A DNA stretch of 64,000 nucleotides, taken from contig JBHGNT010000013.1 of NCBI GenBank assembly GCA_043228905.1, positions 496,001-560,000 on the forward strand, in the 5' to 3' direction. Under the pieces are notes generated by a model. It did no database searches. It was given only the letters and a program-made list of their open reading frames with translations, and was not told the origin of the DNA. Shown here piece after piece: positions 1 to 13,432 of the stretch (position 1 is the stretch's first letter; the number at the start of each line of letters is the position of its first letter). The translations under genes were made by a program, and so were the position numbers. The DNA comes from Azolla caroliniana (Eukaryota; Plantae; Polypodiophyta).

Positions 1-2
1 TA

Positions 3-785
3 CAAGTCGCGGCCGATGGGATGTATGAAGGCCTGCCGCTCTTTCCAAGGTTCCATCACCGCATGACCTGCCCCAGCCAGTTCAGTGATGGATCTGAAGA
101 ATCAGGAGAAGAGCAAGAGGATGCATATGGTGATGGTCATGGCCATGGCCATGGCGATAGCGATGGCGGCAAGAATGAGGGACAGGGCGAGCATTACGAG
201 GGCCATGATGATGGTGATAGCGATGGCGATGATGATGATGATGCGTATGTGGATCCAGATGTGGGCTATGGTGATGAAGCTCACGAGGGTGAGGGAACCG
301 ATGGCGATGAGCAGAAGCTGTATGATGATGGCATGGAGGATCGGGACGATGAGGAAGAAGATGAGATTGACTGCAGGCAGCAGGAGCAGGAAGAAGAGGA
401 TAGTGATGATGGTGATGGTGATGGTGATGGTGATGGTGATGGTGATGATGATGGTGATGGCCATGAGGTCAAATTGTATGAAGGCAATGAATCTGAGTTT
501 GAGAAGGTTTATGATGAGCACAAGGATGTGTTATTGGACCATGTTCTACGTGGCTATGTCTTTGTGGAAGCCCGGGGGGCTAACGATCGAGGAGGAGATG
601 CGCTCACGGTCCATCACAAGCTCAACATTAATGGTGGTAATTATGTTAATGATGATGTTAATGATGATGTTAATGATGATGTTAATGATGATGATAATGA
701 GGATTATGGTGGTGATGGTGACCATCATGATCATCTGGTTGGGGAGGAGGATAGTTATGTTCTTGTCAACATAGATAGTCAATGA
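3..785 (+). CDS. 3' part of a possible protein with a very long Asp/Glu/Gly-rich low-complexity tail
   Basis: Frame is open from the window edge (QVAADGMYEGLPLFPRFHHR...) into (GAT/GGT)n-derived acidic sequence. No recognisable domain is visible. Confidence 0.35.
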   Translation, partial: QVAADGMYEGLPLFPRFHHRMTCPSQFSDGSEESGEEQEDAYGDGHGHGHGDSDGGKNEGQGEHYEGHDDGDSDGDDDDDAYVDPDVGYGDEAHEGEGTDGDEQKLYDDGMEDRDDEEEDEIDCRQQEQEEEDSDDGDGDGDGDGDGDDDGDGHEVKLYEGNESEFEKVYDEHKDVLLDHVLRGYVFVEARGANDRGGDALTVHHKLNINGGNYVNDDVNDDVNDDVNDDDNEDYGGDGDHHDHLVGEEDSYVLVNIDSQ

Positions 786-865
786 GGTGGTGAGCACACT
801 CAGTACCTAGTGAAAGTTGGTTGGTTATGTGGTTGGGACAAAAATGTGTATAGACAAAAGTAGTA

Positions 866-869
<4 letters not shown>

Positions 870-921
<52 letters not shown>
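870..921. repeat. (GA)n microsatellite
   Basis: About 25 perfect GA units. Confidence 0.95.
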
Positions 922-923
<2 letters not shown>

Positions 924-2409
924 AACATCATATATTAGAAACCATGTGATCCACTTACTAAACTTCACTAGAATGGATTATGTACATAAAGTAGATCATG
1001 AGGACCCATCTATTATTATATATGTAATATATAAATGCTTGTATTTTGCATTTTCTCTCTTCAAAGAGTCTTATGAATGTTGTCATTTCTCGAACTTAAT
1101 ACATACTTGCGAATGTTTTCGTTTCTCGAACTACAAAACCAAAGCTTATACACACTTTGCTTGCACGTGTGGGAAACGCTCACCTAAGGGATGAATCGGC
1201 ATTCTATCTTTCCATGTGTACATCACATGCATTTTAAGAGATGAGGGTAAATCTAAGAAACATGGAAAAAACTTTCCATATGTATATATGGGCATCGATG
1301 TTTAATAGGATATTAAAGATTAACCATCGATTATCCAATTCTTCACATTTTTATTAGATGCATGACATTAACAATATGTTTTGTGTTTATATGTAGTTAT
1401 CTCTAGAAGTATTTTCTAGCATAATATAGATTAAGATCGCAATATGGGACTGTGAATTAAGCGACCCAAGTTGAAGACAAACACGTCCATCATATTATGA
1501 ACATATGACATGTCAAGCACAATAGTTCATGTTGGAGGGGTAGGGGGCACTTTTTCCTTAGCTTTATGTCACAATAATCAAGATATGTGGCTCATGGTGG
1601 GTCGGGGGACACTTTTTTGGGTATACCATATATGTATATTGAATGTACAAATAATGCAAATATATCATTGCCTTAATACTACATATGGTCTTCAGTAGTG
1701 GGACATAGTCTCTTGGCTTTGATCCCCCTTAAGCACAACATAGTTGATGAGATAGAGGTAGTTTTCTCCAAAAGTATAGTACGATTTGAAGAACCAAAAT
1801 GTCACATCGATAAAGGAGGATCAGAAGGAAGACATTAGTTCTCGCCACGTGATATAATAGTTAACACATGAAAATATAATGCCAATATTTACATTAGTTT
1901 TAAATTTGTTGCACATGTCCCAATTGTTTTCTTCAATCGTGTCTATGGGGAGGGTTTTTGTGGGACCCTCCATCAACCTCATCCCTCCCACATGTGACAC
2001 TATATGGTGACGAGGGATCGTTTGCCTCCTTTAAAATACGTATAATTTGTTATGGTGGACTAGGTGGACGATGATAACATTTAAAAGTATACTATAATCA
2101 ATCCAACATATGCATCATAGATATCTATTTCGAGTTGGTTGTGGTTAGATGATTCAATATAACAGAAATGTGTCGCCGCAATTGTTCACCTTGGCTATGG
2201 CTCAAACCTAGAGTTCACCAATCAATTACCGCGTGATTTGATGGAATTACTTAATTTGTAGCCACTTGTGCATATAGCCAAAGTGCATGAGGACATTATT
2301 TTGGAGTTAGTTTGATTTCATTAGAATAATCAATATGGTTTTAATATTCTCTCAATTTTAAACTAGGTTAAGCCAAGTGATGAGAGAGGAGTAGATGAAT
2401 AGGATTTTG

Positions 2410-2600
2410 TTAGTGAAAATATGTATATAATAGAGACAAGAAAAGTTGAATTTCGAACCCAAGGCCTAGGATTAAGTAGTCTTACTACTTACCATTAGGG
2501 TAAACTAAACTGCTAATTACAATTAGCAATAAAGATTAAGTGGGCTTATTACTTACTATTAGGTTAAGCTAAATTGCTAATTACAATTAGTAATAAAGAC
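2410..2600 (-). mobile_element. Partial, diverged copy of the tRNA-derived SINE-like repeat, with a local ~65 bp tandem duplication
   Basis: 'tatataatagaga...aagttgaatttcgaacccaa...acttaccattagggtaa' matches 16308-16387. The unit 'gattaagt...gctaattacaattag.aataaa' occurs twice. Confidence 0.55.
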
Positions 2601-3010
2601 AGAACACAGAGACAACGATATGCATAGACAGAGATATCAATCAGACCATGGAATCACCACCAACAAGAAATTGCTAATTTCCTCTGCCTCTGCTTCTTCC
2701 TGCACTTCCACAAAACCCTAAACCAAATCATAAATTTAACGCGATCAACCCTAAACCAAAACCCTAATTGCTAATTTCCTCTGCAGGAAATGGCTCTAAT
2801 TCTGATGGTCAGGTGAGTAGATCTGCCGGACGATCTGCAGCAATTCCCTCCTCATCACTGTCATTGCCGTCTTCTTTGTGGGAAGAATTGGGTGACATCG
2901 GAGATGTGTCAGATCGGAGAAAAGGTATGTGCCCTGCCTCTTGAACGTTTTTCCATAGCTGACCTTGGCCAGATTTTCTCTTTCGAGACATGGAAGTTTG
3001 TGCTTAATGA

Positions 3011-3049
<39 letters not shown>

Positions 3050-4539
3050 TTTCCTTCTCCCTCCATCAGAGGGACCTTCTGAAATCAGGACAATGTAACC
3101 ACTTTGTTAATCCACATATAGAGATGCTATAATATTGTGGCAGCAGAGACGTCGGAAATACCATAACCATATGGCAATAGATTCCTTGAGATGCGGCATC
3201 TATGGCAAGAGTATTCTGATTCTAGCATTGAAGAGAAGATGCAGGCATAGAAAGAATTGAAATTGAATGAAGGGAAACCCTCTTGTGAAAGAAATGTAGA
3301 GCGATCCTTCCCGAGTGTCTGTTTACAGAACCTCTTGTTGCGAAAGGCGCACAGTATCTTATTGCAAAGGGAAACATCAAAGCCTCACATTCTCACCGGA
3401 TTGGATTTTTATCAGCAGAATCCCCATCTCCGATATATATATATATATATATATATATCAATATGAATCTGTTAAAAACATAGAATGAATATCTTTGGAA
3501 GTGATATGAGAAGATAACTCAGAGGTGTCTCGGAACAAAAAAGCTAAGGAGACACTCCCCAGAAATAAGAAAGTGAAATGCATCAAGAAAAAGCTCAATG
3601 AGAATCTCCAACAGGACGTCAACAGAGTGAATGAAGAGCTAGATCTTTGTCCAATGGGTGAGAACAATGTTGATGAGGTCCAGAAGAGTGATGAAACAAA
3701 AATAAATATGAGACACAAGGTTCAGGCCGAAGAGCAAGCTGCATTGCAAAAAACAGTGAAGAAGATCTGGTGATGAGAACAAACCTGAATGAGGAAGATT
3801 ATCTTGCTGAGAAAGAGATGCATGACATTCTAGATGATTAAGGACCACTCTGAAACACAGGAGAAACATTCTAAGCAGAAGAGAAAGAAATCAAAAGCAA
3901 GAAATCATTCTCTTGAAATCTTGCAACCTTAATGGAGGATTTTCGCAACTTGAAATTGCTAATCTGTCAAAAAATTCAAGAAAAGCTCTGGTTTCAGTCC
4001 CTCCAGCAGCATTGAGCTTTCCATTCTCAGGGATTCATTTACTGTCTGCGGTAAAGTATTCTCTGATTGTTTGTCATGGGGATGGATCACATCTTCAAAT
4101 ATGGAGCATACAACTCATAGTCAAGTAGCATGAGGTGCTACTTAACTAAGGTGATAGTTTTAACTATAATTACTAGAAGACATTATAATTTTTCTACAGG
4201 ATAAAACTCTTAGTTGACTAATCGTTCATGAGCTCCCACCCTTCTTGCTCATCATCCTCGTCAGTGTCGTCTTGAACTCTATAGATCTTTGTGTCCTTGC
4301 TCATGCAAAGGATATCATTTCCAAAACTCATCACAAGACGTTGTCGTGAGTTACACACATTTAGCAACGAGACTACTAGGAACCTAAACCAACAACGATG
4401 ATTTTGATGGAGTTAATTATTACGATATTTTCCCTAAATATTAGTTGCATGTAGGTGTTTGATCTCTTGGAATGTCTCGTTGAGTTCACACATAACTCTA
4501 ATTTATGTGTATTGAATGTGTCTATGTTCTTAAGTAGGA

Positions 4540-4920
4540 GATGTGTGTCAAGGTATATGTGTATGTCGGTTTGTCTATGTTTATATGTATATGTGTGTAC
4601 GTATATATGTGGATTTAATATGCGGAAGTGTGTAAATATGTATGTATGTATGTGCGCGTAAGTAAATGTGTATGTACATAGGTATATAATTATGGTTGTT
4701 CATAGGTATGTCACATGTGTATGTTCAAATATATATTTGTGTGTATGTACTTTGTATGTTTTAAGTGTTCATGTATGTCTGTATGTGCAAATATGTTTAT
4801 GCTAATGTATACATGTGATTGTGCAAGTATGGCTTTGTGTATGCATGAAGTATGTGGGTTGGTTTGTGTGTGTGTTGCAAGCTTATATATTTTATTTGTC
4901 TTATATAGGGGTGTAGGCAT
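4540..4920. repeat. Degenerate (TG/TA)n low-complexity tract
   Basis: Imperfect tatgtg/tgta repeats. Confidence 0.85.
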
Positions 4921-4999
4921 ATAATTTTGTGTAAAGTGGAAGGCCGTTGAGTAACAACAAGAGGGTCAACAATCCCCTCATGCAATGGGCTAGTGATGA

Positions 5000-6368
5000 T
5001 TCATTTGGCTAGCCTTTAGCATTGTCCTTCGTACGGATAGCACACTAGGCCTCGTGTGCTACATTCGTTTCACTTGGGTCGTCGTCCTTTTCTCTCCATG
5101 CACCTTGGATCGCTTGTTGGTTGTCAACGGGTTGGGTACCAAGCAACTGCAGGTTTCCCTCTTTTCCTTCCGTGTGAAGGCAATGCACGAAGATTCTCCT
5201 ATTTCGTGTGTTGGTGAGTGCATGATGTTTGTCCTCCTTTGAGCATGAGCTTCCTCTTCTTTATATGTTAAGGCACACAAACCCTTTTCTCTTTCGTATG
5301 TTCTAACATATGAGCCTTGTATGTTATAACACATGTCTCTCTGTGTTTTGTTTCACACGAATCCTTGTGTATCAAGATTTTCAATGACCCTTTGCCTTTA
5401 GATGGAGATTTTACTTGGTGTCCTTGAAAACACAAACGTTGTCCACTTGGCTAAGCACTCAGTCTCTTGGGATTCTACACCTCCATGTTTGAGAGAGTTG
5501 TTATGTATGCTCAAAGATTGCACATTGTAGAAGGCATCCCATGTGTTTGACAACGAGCACCATGACTTGGATCTTCAAGTCCAACCTCATTTTCAACCCC
5601 TTCAACTATTGAATGATGTTATGGCAACCAAGTTAAGCTTCCTTTATTTCAAACTCTAAAACCTTGCATGAGGTTTACCTTGTTTGATTTAGTGCTCTCC
5701 TTGTTTGCGTCATGCAATTTGTTCCACATCTCTCCTGAGGTTTGGCAATCGATTGAAAGTTTAATGATGTTCTCAAGATGAAGTTGGGTCATTAACATCA
5801 CAAGGTAGTCAAGATCCTCACAGTCTTCATTTGTCATGTCGGTGGGTTTCTTCTGATTGACAAAATTCTGTTTCCACCTTTGAATTAATACATCTCAATT
5901 GTCATTCTTCCAAGGGGTGGCGAAGCGTGCATTGTAATACTTTTGAAACTCCTAGCCTTCTCATTATGAAGTTCCCTTGAGTGCTTCCCATTTGCAATTA
6001 GTCACTTATTTATGTGTGATGAGATCGAGAAAATGACAATTGTCTTTGAGTGATTGAGTTCCCATCTTAGGTTCCATTTTTTCAACACTCAATTAATCTT
6101 CTATTTCTCTTCTTCTCTTGTGAGTGTTCCTTTTGAGCATTATTGAGTCTTCCAAACTTCTTCATCGTTAACCTATTGTACTTGAACTTGTCAATCTAAT
6201 ACACCTTGTTGGAGTTAGAGCAACCCAAATATGAACTAAGCCCTCAAGACCTAAAGATTTTACACCAAAAAGAATGCAAACAATGGAAAGATCACAATGG
6301 TAACACAACACTCAAAGACACAATGAGATAGTACACGTAGAAGGTAGCTTTACTATTTATAATAGTTT
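5000..6368 (-). mobile_element. Old, degenerate Ty1/Copia remnant (gag fragment, degenerate PBS, part of an LTR)
   Basis: ORF 5649-5837 (IDCQTSGEMWNKLHD...SNKVNLMQ) resembles Copia gag. 'atctaatacacc-ttgttggag' near 6194-6215 resembles a reversed PBS/LTR junction. Confidence 0.5.
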
Positions 6369-6631
6369 TTTTGAGAATCAAACCCAACTTCCGCAATGGA
6401 ATGGCTTTCACACTAGCAATGCACACACTAGGCTAGTTTTGTAAATAGCAAAAAGGGTAGTTGGTATTTAAACCAACCTTTTGTAACTTAGTTACTATTG
6501 GATGTAATTTTATAATTTGCTAATATAGCTTCTTATTCCAAGCTCTCTCTCTCTCTCCTGCTTACCTTACGAACACACACACACAGTTCACTTCCGTTGC
6601 ACAAGATCACCAACACTCACGCTTCTTTACA
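6369..6631 (+). repeat. Copia 5' LTR
   Basis: Aligns to 10867-11068 and 13390-13507; ends in ...tttaCA next to the PBS. Confidence 0.9.
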
Positions 6632-9600
6632 TGGTATCAAAGCGAATAGTTTTCTGATCAAGGTTATTCAACCATGTTATGTCTCACGCTGACAACCAAA
6701 ACACAATCGGCTCAACGATAGAGGAGAAAAATGAACACTCAGATGGGAAGCGTTCTGCCCACAGAGAAACTCGACATATTGAACTTTGCATCTTGGGAAT
6801 ACAAGATGCACCAATATCTTGTTGGTCAAGGATATTGGAGTTATATATCGAGGGAGCTCAAGAAACGCAACCGAACCCAACACACGTCGATTACCCAACA
6901 TGGGAGCAAGTGGCAAGCCATGTGTTGCATTGTCTTGCATCATGCGTTCATGATCACATGCTCATATATATTCGAGAGGCAAAAACACCAAAAGAATCTT
7001 GGGGCAATCTCACGAAGATTTTTGTGACCAATACGGCTCATGTAAACTTCAACTCTGAGAGAAGTTGAACAATATACAACAAAGGGATATGTCGATCACT
7101 AGCTATACCTTGAAGATCAAGGAGCCGTGTGATGCCCTTGGATCAATTAATGTCATCATCGACAATGATGAAATGGTGCAAATATGCCTTGGCGGCCTAG
7201 CACCACGATTCAACACGATTTGATCGGCCATTCTTGCAAGGGAGAATCCTCCCTCCTTTTTCGACCTTCAATCGATATTGTTGGTTGAAGAAAATCATGT
7301 CGAACAAAGGAGCAATGCGCCTAATGGTTATATGCTCTACTCCCAATGGGATGAGGGAAGAGGATTCGATCGAGGAAACAAAGACCGATTCGGCCAAGAC
7401 TGACAAGGTCAGCCAACCCGAGAACGCAATTCCCACCATTAGCAAGAGACAAGGTCAGCCAACTCGAGTTATATTCATGGATTATAATTAGCAGTATCTT
7501 GATAAATGCCAAAGCTTATATTTGGCCTTGTTTTTTATAATATATATTTGTGGAGATGAAACAATATTATGTACTATCTGTATACTGCCTCCGGGCCTTT
7601 TATTAATACCAATGGAGCATATGTTTTATGGAAAAAAAAAAACAAGGCATGTAAGTGCGGTTCAACAATGAAGGGTGCTTCATTGAAAAAGACAATTGAC
7701 TCATAGCTCACGGTCGACGAGAAGGCCGAATGTTCATCCTCGGGTCGAACAAGGTGAATTCAACCATGTTTGCAAAAGGCCTCAAAGTCGAAACCAACTT
7801 GAAACTATGGCACAAGAGAATCATCCTTAAGGGAATGCAGTCGAAAGGAGTCGTCATCGAACTCCCGACTTTTACCGAAAAGGAGATTGCAGGCGTATGT
7901 GAAGCCTGCCAATTCGGTAAACAACACCGACAATCGTTCTCGAAAGAGGAACGTGAGCAAAGGGATCCTAGATGTAGTATATTCAGATGTATGGGAACCA
8001 ACACAGACAACCACATTCGGCGAATGCCAATATTATGTCACGTTCATCGATGACTTCTCCAGGCACACTTGGATCTACCCTATGCGGCAAAAGAGTGAAG
8101 TTCTAAGACACTTCCAAACATTTAAGAACGAAGTCGAAAAAGGCACAAATTGGCATGTCCGATGCCTTCAATCAGATGGGGGCAAGGAGTACTACTCAGA
8201 CGAATTTACAACTTATCTCCAAAAGGAAGGAATTCGATGAGAATTCTCGTGCCGACACACACCTCAACAAAACGGCGTAGCCGAATGAAAGAATTGGCAC
8301 ATAGTAGAGGTGGCAAGGGCAATGATGAACAAGAAGAACCTGCCGAACTCATACTGGGAAGAATCGGTTAACACAAGTGTCTACCTCATGAACAGGTGTA
8401 CAAACTCTAAGGTACATGACGTCACACCCCACGAGAAGTTCTTCGGAAAGAAGCCGGATTTATCCCACGTCAGGATATTCGGCTCAATCGCTTATGTACA
8501 TATTCCCACCGAGAAGTGACAAAAGCTTAATCCCAAGTCGAAGAAATGTATCCTTGTAGGGTACTCACTTAAACAAAAGGGGTACAAGTGTTATGACCCA
8601 GCTATCCGAAAAGTTTGAGTGAGTCGTGACGTCATCTTCGACGAATCGGCATCCTGGTATGAACCAGCGCGACAACTCTGACACCAACCCCAGTTGACCC
8701 GAACTCGGCGGACCAAGAGATCGAAGACGAAAGTCGATTTCGACACATATTCGAAGAAAATCCAATAACGACCAGATTGACTGAACCTCAAGACCCGTCG
8801 AGCGATCAAAGCACAACTCGGCCAACTCCGAAGTTGGACAAATGAAAGGCCAAAATGCCGAAGTACGAAGATCCAGTCGATAACGAGTCTACTCACTCCC
8901 TCGACAGTGAGTTCGAAGCCCTTGATGTCCCAGTTATCCGGACAAATAGAGTTAAGAAAGCCATAGCTACTGCAAACGAGAAGCTCTATCGCTCCACTTT
9001 AGAGAAAAACCCAGTCAGTCGATTCGGCTACGATGACTCTATGGCATATCATTATGCCTTTATGATGAAGGTGGCGACCATCCAAGAACCAGAAACTTTT
9101 TCCGAAACAGCCAAGGATCCACAATGGGTCGAAGCCATGACCAAGGAAATGCATGCACTTTGCAAAAACGAGACATGGGATCTCAGTCCCTGCTCCACAC
9201 ACAAGAAAGCGATCGGTTGCCGGTGGATCTACAAGGTCAAATAGAATGTTGATGGCTCGGTCAACCACTACAAGGCACAACTCGTAGCTAAGGGATATGC
9301 TCAAACACATAGTCAATTATGACGAGACCTTTTACCCGGTGGCAAAAATGACAATTGTTGAGACAAGCAATGTTCTCGTAGTTGCTAAAGGTTGGCATCT
9401 CCATCATCAAATGGACGTAAAGAACGCCTTTCCTCAAGGTGAGTTAGAAGAGGAGGTTTTCATGATTCAACCCCCTGGTTTAGAATCGACCAAGCATCTG
9501 ACCACAATCAGCTGACTCAAGAAGCCATTGTACGGACTCAAGCAAGCAATTGCGTGCTTGGCACTCGAAGATCACTCAGTATCTTCATCAAATCGGCTTC

Positions 9601-11068
9601 TGAATGTCGAAATTGGATAATTCCCTCTACATTAGAAGCGAATCGAACAACCTGATTGTCATCATCCTTTACGTAGATGATCTAGTCATCGGAGGAAAGA
9701 ATCTAGCTGACATCAATAAGGTCAAATCACTCCTATCAGGCATATTCAAAATGAAAGATATGCATGAGCTCCATTACTTCCTCGGTATCGAAGTAATTCG
9801 TACATCAGTCGGGATATTGATCTCCCAACGACACTACATTCTCAATTTACTCTACAAGTTCGGAATGACTGAGTGAAAACCTCTATCAATCCCCCTCGAT
9901 TGCAACCTTAAGCTCGATGTTGACTTAGGAACAAAAGAGTGTGAGCCGACTGAATATCGTCAACTAATCGGTATCTTAATCTATCTAACCATCACACGAC
10001 CCGACCTCAGCTATTCGGTCGGTCTCTTAGCCAATTCATGCAGAACCCTCAAAATTTTCATCTCGATTGCGCTAAGAGAGTACTCAAGTACGTTCGTGGG
10101 ACAATGGATTTTGGCATCTTGTATAAGTCGAACACGATCATTCGACTCAAAGGGTACATAGATGCTCATTGGGGCGGCTATAAAGCCAATAGACGATCAA
10201 CATCGGGATTCGACTTCTCCCTCGACAATGGAGCCATCTCGTGGAGTAGCAAGAAGTAGCCGACAGTTGCATCGTTGAGCACAGAAGCTGAATATAGGGG
10301 CGCGACCGTCGTCGCATGTGAAGCCATGTGGTTCAAAAGAATTTCGAAGTATTTGGTCATTTCTATCAACTTAGGATCTGATTCTCCTGTACTACAACAA
10401 CATGAGGAATATTCATTTGGCTCGGAACCCCGTGTTCCACGTGCGCATGAATATCGAAGTACACTATCACTTCATCCGAGAGCACATCCAGGCTGGAGAT
10501 GTTGACCTGCAGCACATTAGCACAAATCTTCAAGTTGTCGACATATTCACAAAAGCCTTAGGAGTCGACAAGCTCGAGCAATTTACATAGGACCTAGGTC
10601 TAACGATATGTGCATTGCCAAGCTTGAGGGGGAGTACAACAACCGACGAGTACAACGTAGCACCCGAATAGTAGCCAATCGGGTAATCAGTGGACACAAG
10701 CCGACCAAGGGGAGTTGAAAAAAAGCCACATAAATCAAACGAGTCGAAACGATCAAAGCCGAGCCAACCGACTATTCGGCCATAGAGCCGAGAAATCTAA
10801 AAAGTTGAAACGAACCGAATGACAAGACAATCTCTCTGATGATCGGAAGTTGCGTTCGAAAGGGTGTGTTGAGAATCAAATCGAACTTCCCCAGTGGAAT
10901 GGCTTGCACACTAGTTGTGGACACACTAAGCTAGTTTTGTAAATAGCAAAAAAGGTTAGTTGCCCTAGGATAGTTGGTATTTAAACCAACCTGTTGTAAC
11001 TTCGTTATTGTTGGATGTAATTTTATCATTTGCTAATATAGTTTCTTGTTCCAAGCTCTCTCTCTCTC

Positions 11069-13383
11069 AGCGTATTCCATGTGACTCTCTCTCTCTCATC
11101 CTCTCTCTCATCCTCTCTCTTTGTAACGACTCTTTCCGTTGTTGTTGCCATCTATTGTTGTCGCCGTTGTCGTCCTTTGTTGTCGCCGCTATCATCACCT
11201 ATTGTCACCGCCGTCTGCTACCATTGTTGTTGTAGTTGTCCACGCCGTCGTCATCTGACGTCTGCCAAGTGTCGTCGTCGCCCGACGTCAGTCGTCGTCG
11301 TCGTCGTCATCTTCGTCTACCGTCGTTGGTTCTTGACCGTCGTCGTCTCCGCCGTTGTCGGGTGTAGTCGTTGCCGTTGTTGTCATTGTCGGTCACCGCT
11401 ATCACCTACACTTTTGATGACTTCATCGATTGGGTAAACGAGCGAGCGTACATGTGCTTCTACACTCGAACTTAGCGCGCAAGGCATCGATGCCCAACTA
11501 AGTTTTTCTGTCCTTTTTGTCTTTTCTTTCTTCTATCTTTGGAATTACAACATGACTTCTAGACGAAACCATAAGGAAACACACGAAGAAATTATAAGTA
11601 AGGAGGAATTTTTAGATGTCCTTAACCGTTTAGTTAAAATAGAAAAATGGGCGAAAGAGATTAAAGCCGAAAAACAAAAAGATAAGGAAGAAAGAGAACT
11701 GCTTATTGCTGAAGTAGCGAAACTTAAACTAGCCAATGTGAACCTTCAAAAACAAATTAAGGACCTTGGGACATGTAGGAAAGATGGTAAAATATCTTCC
11801 CTAGAGGATATTAAGGATGAGATAAAAAAGGTTAAGGAAGAGGTTAAAAGCGATATAGAATTTAATTTAGCAAAAATTGGGTGGGTTGATGTAGTAAAAC
11901 GTAATATTAAAAAAGAACTAGGATGAAAACATTGTAAACACTACCCTTGTAAACATTGTAAAACGTAATATTAAGCTCTTCGACTCATTAGTGACCCCTT
12001 CCCTCATGCATGCATCAGTAGTATGGGCTCCATGTCTACCATCTTTCATGTGGACGCAATTAGAGAGACCTTTGGTGACGATGTTATCACGTCAACTCCG
12101 AAGCAAATCGACAGTACCACATGACATTATTAGAGCAGAGTTCAGTCTACCCCTGATGTTAGTAGAAGCACTGTTTCAAGTGGTAGTTTTTATTCATCGG
12201 ATACATAGTCAACCACAAGATAGGATATCCCGTCCAGCCTTTGAGGCATCCTGATCCCTACATGCGTCTGGAGACACTAGCTCTTGGTATAACATTGTGG
12301 TGAGTTGGTTACTTGCAAACGGCATAAACATTAATAACCTACTTCCCCTTAAGTACAACCATGGGACTGACTAAACCCTAATCTCTCATGAAGACCATAA
12401 TAAAGTGATACGCCAAGAAATATGGCAAATTTACACTCGATATAAATGGATCACCCCACGAGAGGCACTCCCATCGAAAATGTTGTAGTATAAGGAACAT
12501 TTCTTGCACTTCTCTAAGTTAGGTTTTATCACACAACCAAGATATCTAGATACATTCTTATCAAATGCACTAAGGGTGGCCATTGGACAACTTAGGATAT
12601 CATCTCACCAACTTGAGATTGAGAATGGTCAAGCTAATAGAGTCCCTAGAGAGGAAAGACCATGTAGGTTATGCCAAATAGAGATAGAGGATAAGTATCA
12701 CTTCACATGCAAGTGCCTAGCTTATGCCGAGATACGGGCGGAATACCAAGACATATTAGGACCCTCTTCCCCCCTCTCCAAACTATTAGATACCCCGAGT
12801 GTAAAGAGACTAGGTAGGTATATCTTAGAACTAAAACAAGATAGGGAGAATAAATTACAAAGTGTTAAACATAACCCTTTTGCTATTTATCAACATGTAA
12901 CTAGTTTAATTTTTCAGGAACAAGGGGAGACGACGAATGTGGATACACTTACACCGCTTGGCCTCTCCCTTGAGGAAGCAAAAATGCAAAGAACAACCAA
13001 ACGCCCTCGGATGTTGGGCTTCAAAACAAGTCGACGTGGAGTAGAAAAGATTAAGAAGATAAGGGAATGTGAGTTATGTCGACTAGAAGCTATGGTTGGA
13101 TAATCTTTTACATTGGGACCACGAGCCACATCCACATCACAACCCTTTGACCTCTTGCTTCTCTTCAAGAGACTTGGATGGAAATGAAATTAGGCCTAGT
13201 TGAACATTATTTTCATTGTAGAACATGTTTTTTATATAGAACAGTCTTGTTATTTTCATAGAACTATTTAGCTTAAACTCTATTTTTATCTTATTTTTAT
13301 TTTTACTTTCGATGAATGGGTAAATATCCCATTTTTTTGTAAACCATTTGTCTCATGGGCGAATTTTAGCCTTAGAAGATGTT

Positions 13384-13389
<6 letters not shown>
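11069..13389 (+). mobile_element. RTE-X-like LINE family B, copy 1 (5' UTR + ORF1 start, large internal deletion, ORF2 C-terminus, 3' UTR)
   Basis: (GTC/GTT)n-rich leader, coiled-coil ORF 11552-11926, and ORF2 C-terminus with SSHQLEIENG...CRLC..EIEDKYHFTCKC. Closely similar to 17842-19215 (reverse strand). Flanked on both sides by (TC)n. Clade label is from motif recall. Confidence 0.85.

Positions 13390-13432
<43 letters not shown>

Noticed and set aside
85-774. Met-rich 229 aa ORF and antisense Ile-rich ORFs as separate genes
   Set aside because: These are expected by-products of (GAT)n/(ATC)n repeats, which lack stops in those frames.
2620-4130. Possible gene or TE fragment (telo-box aaaccctaa motifs, short Lys/Glu-rich ORF 3525-3773)
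   Set aside because: No recognisable domain or coherent exon chain could be built.
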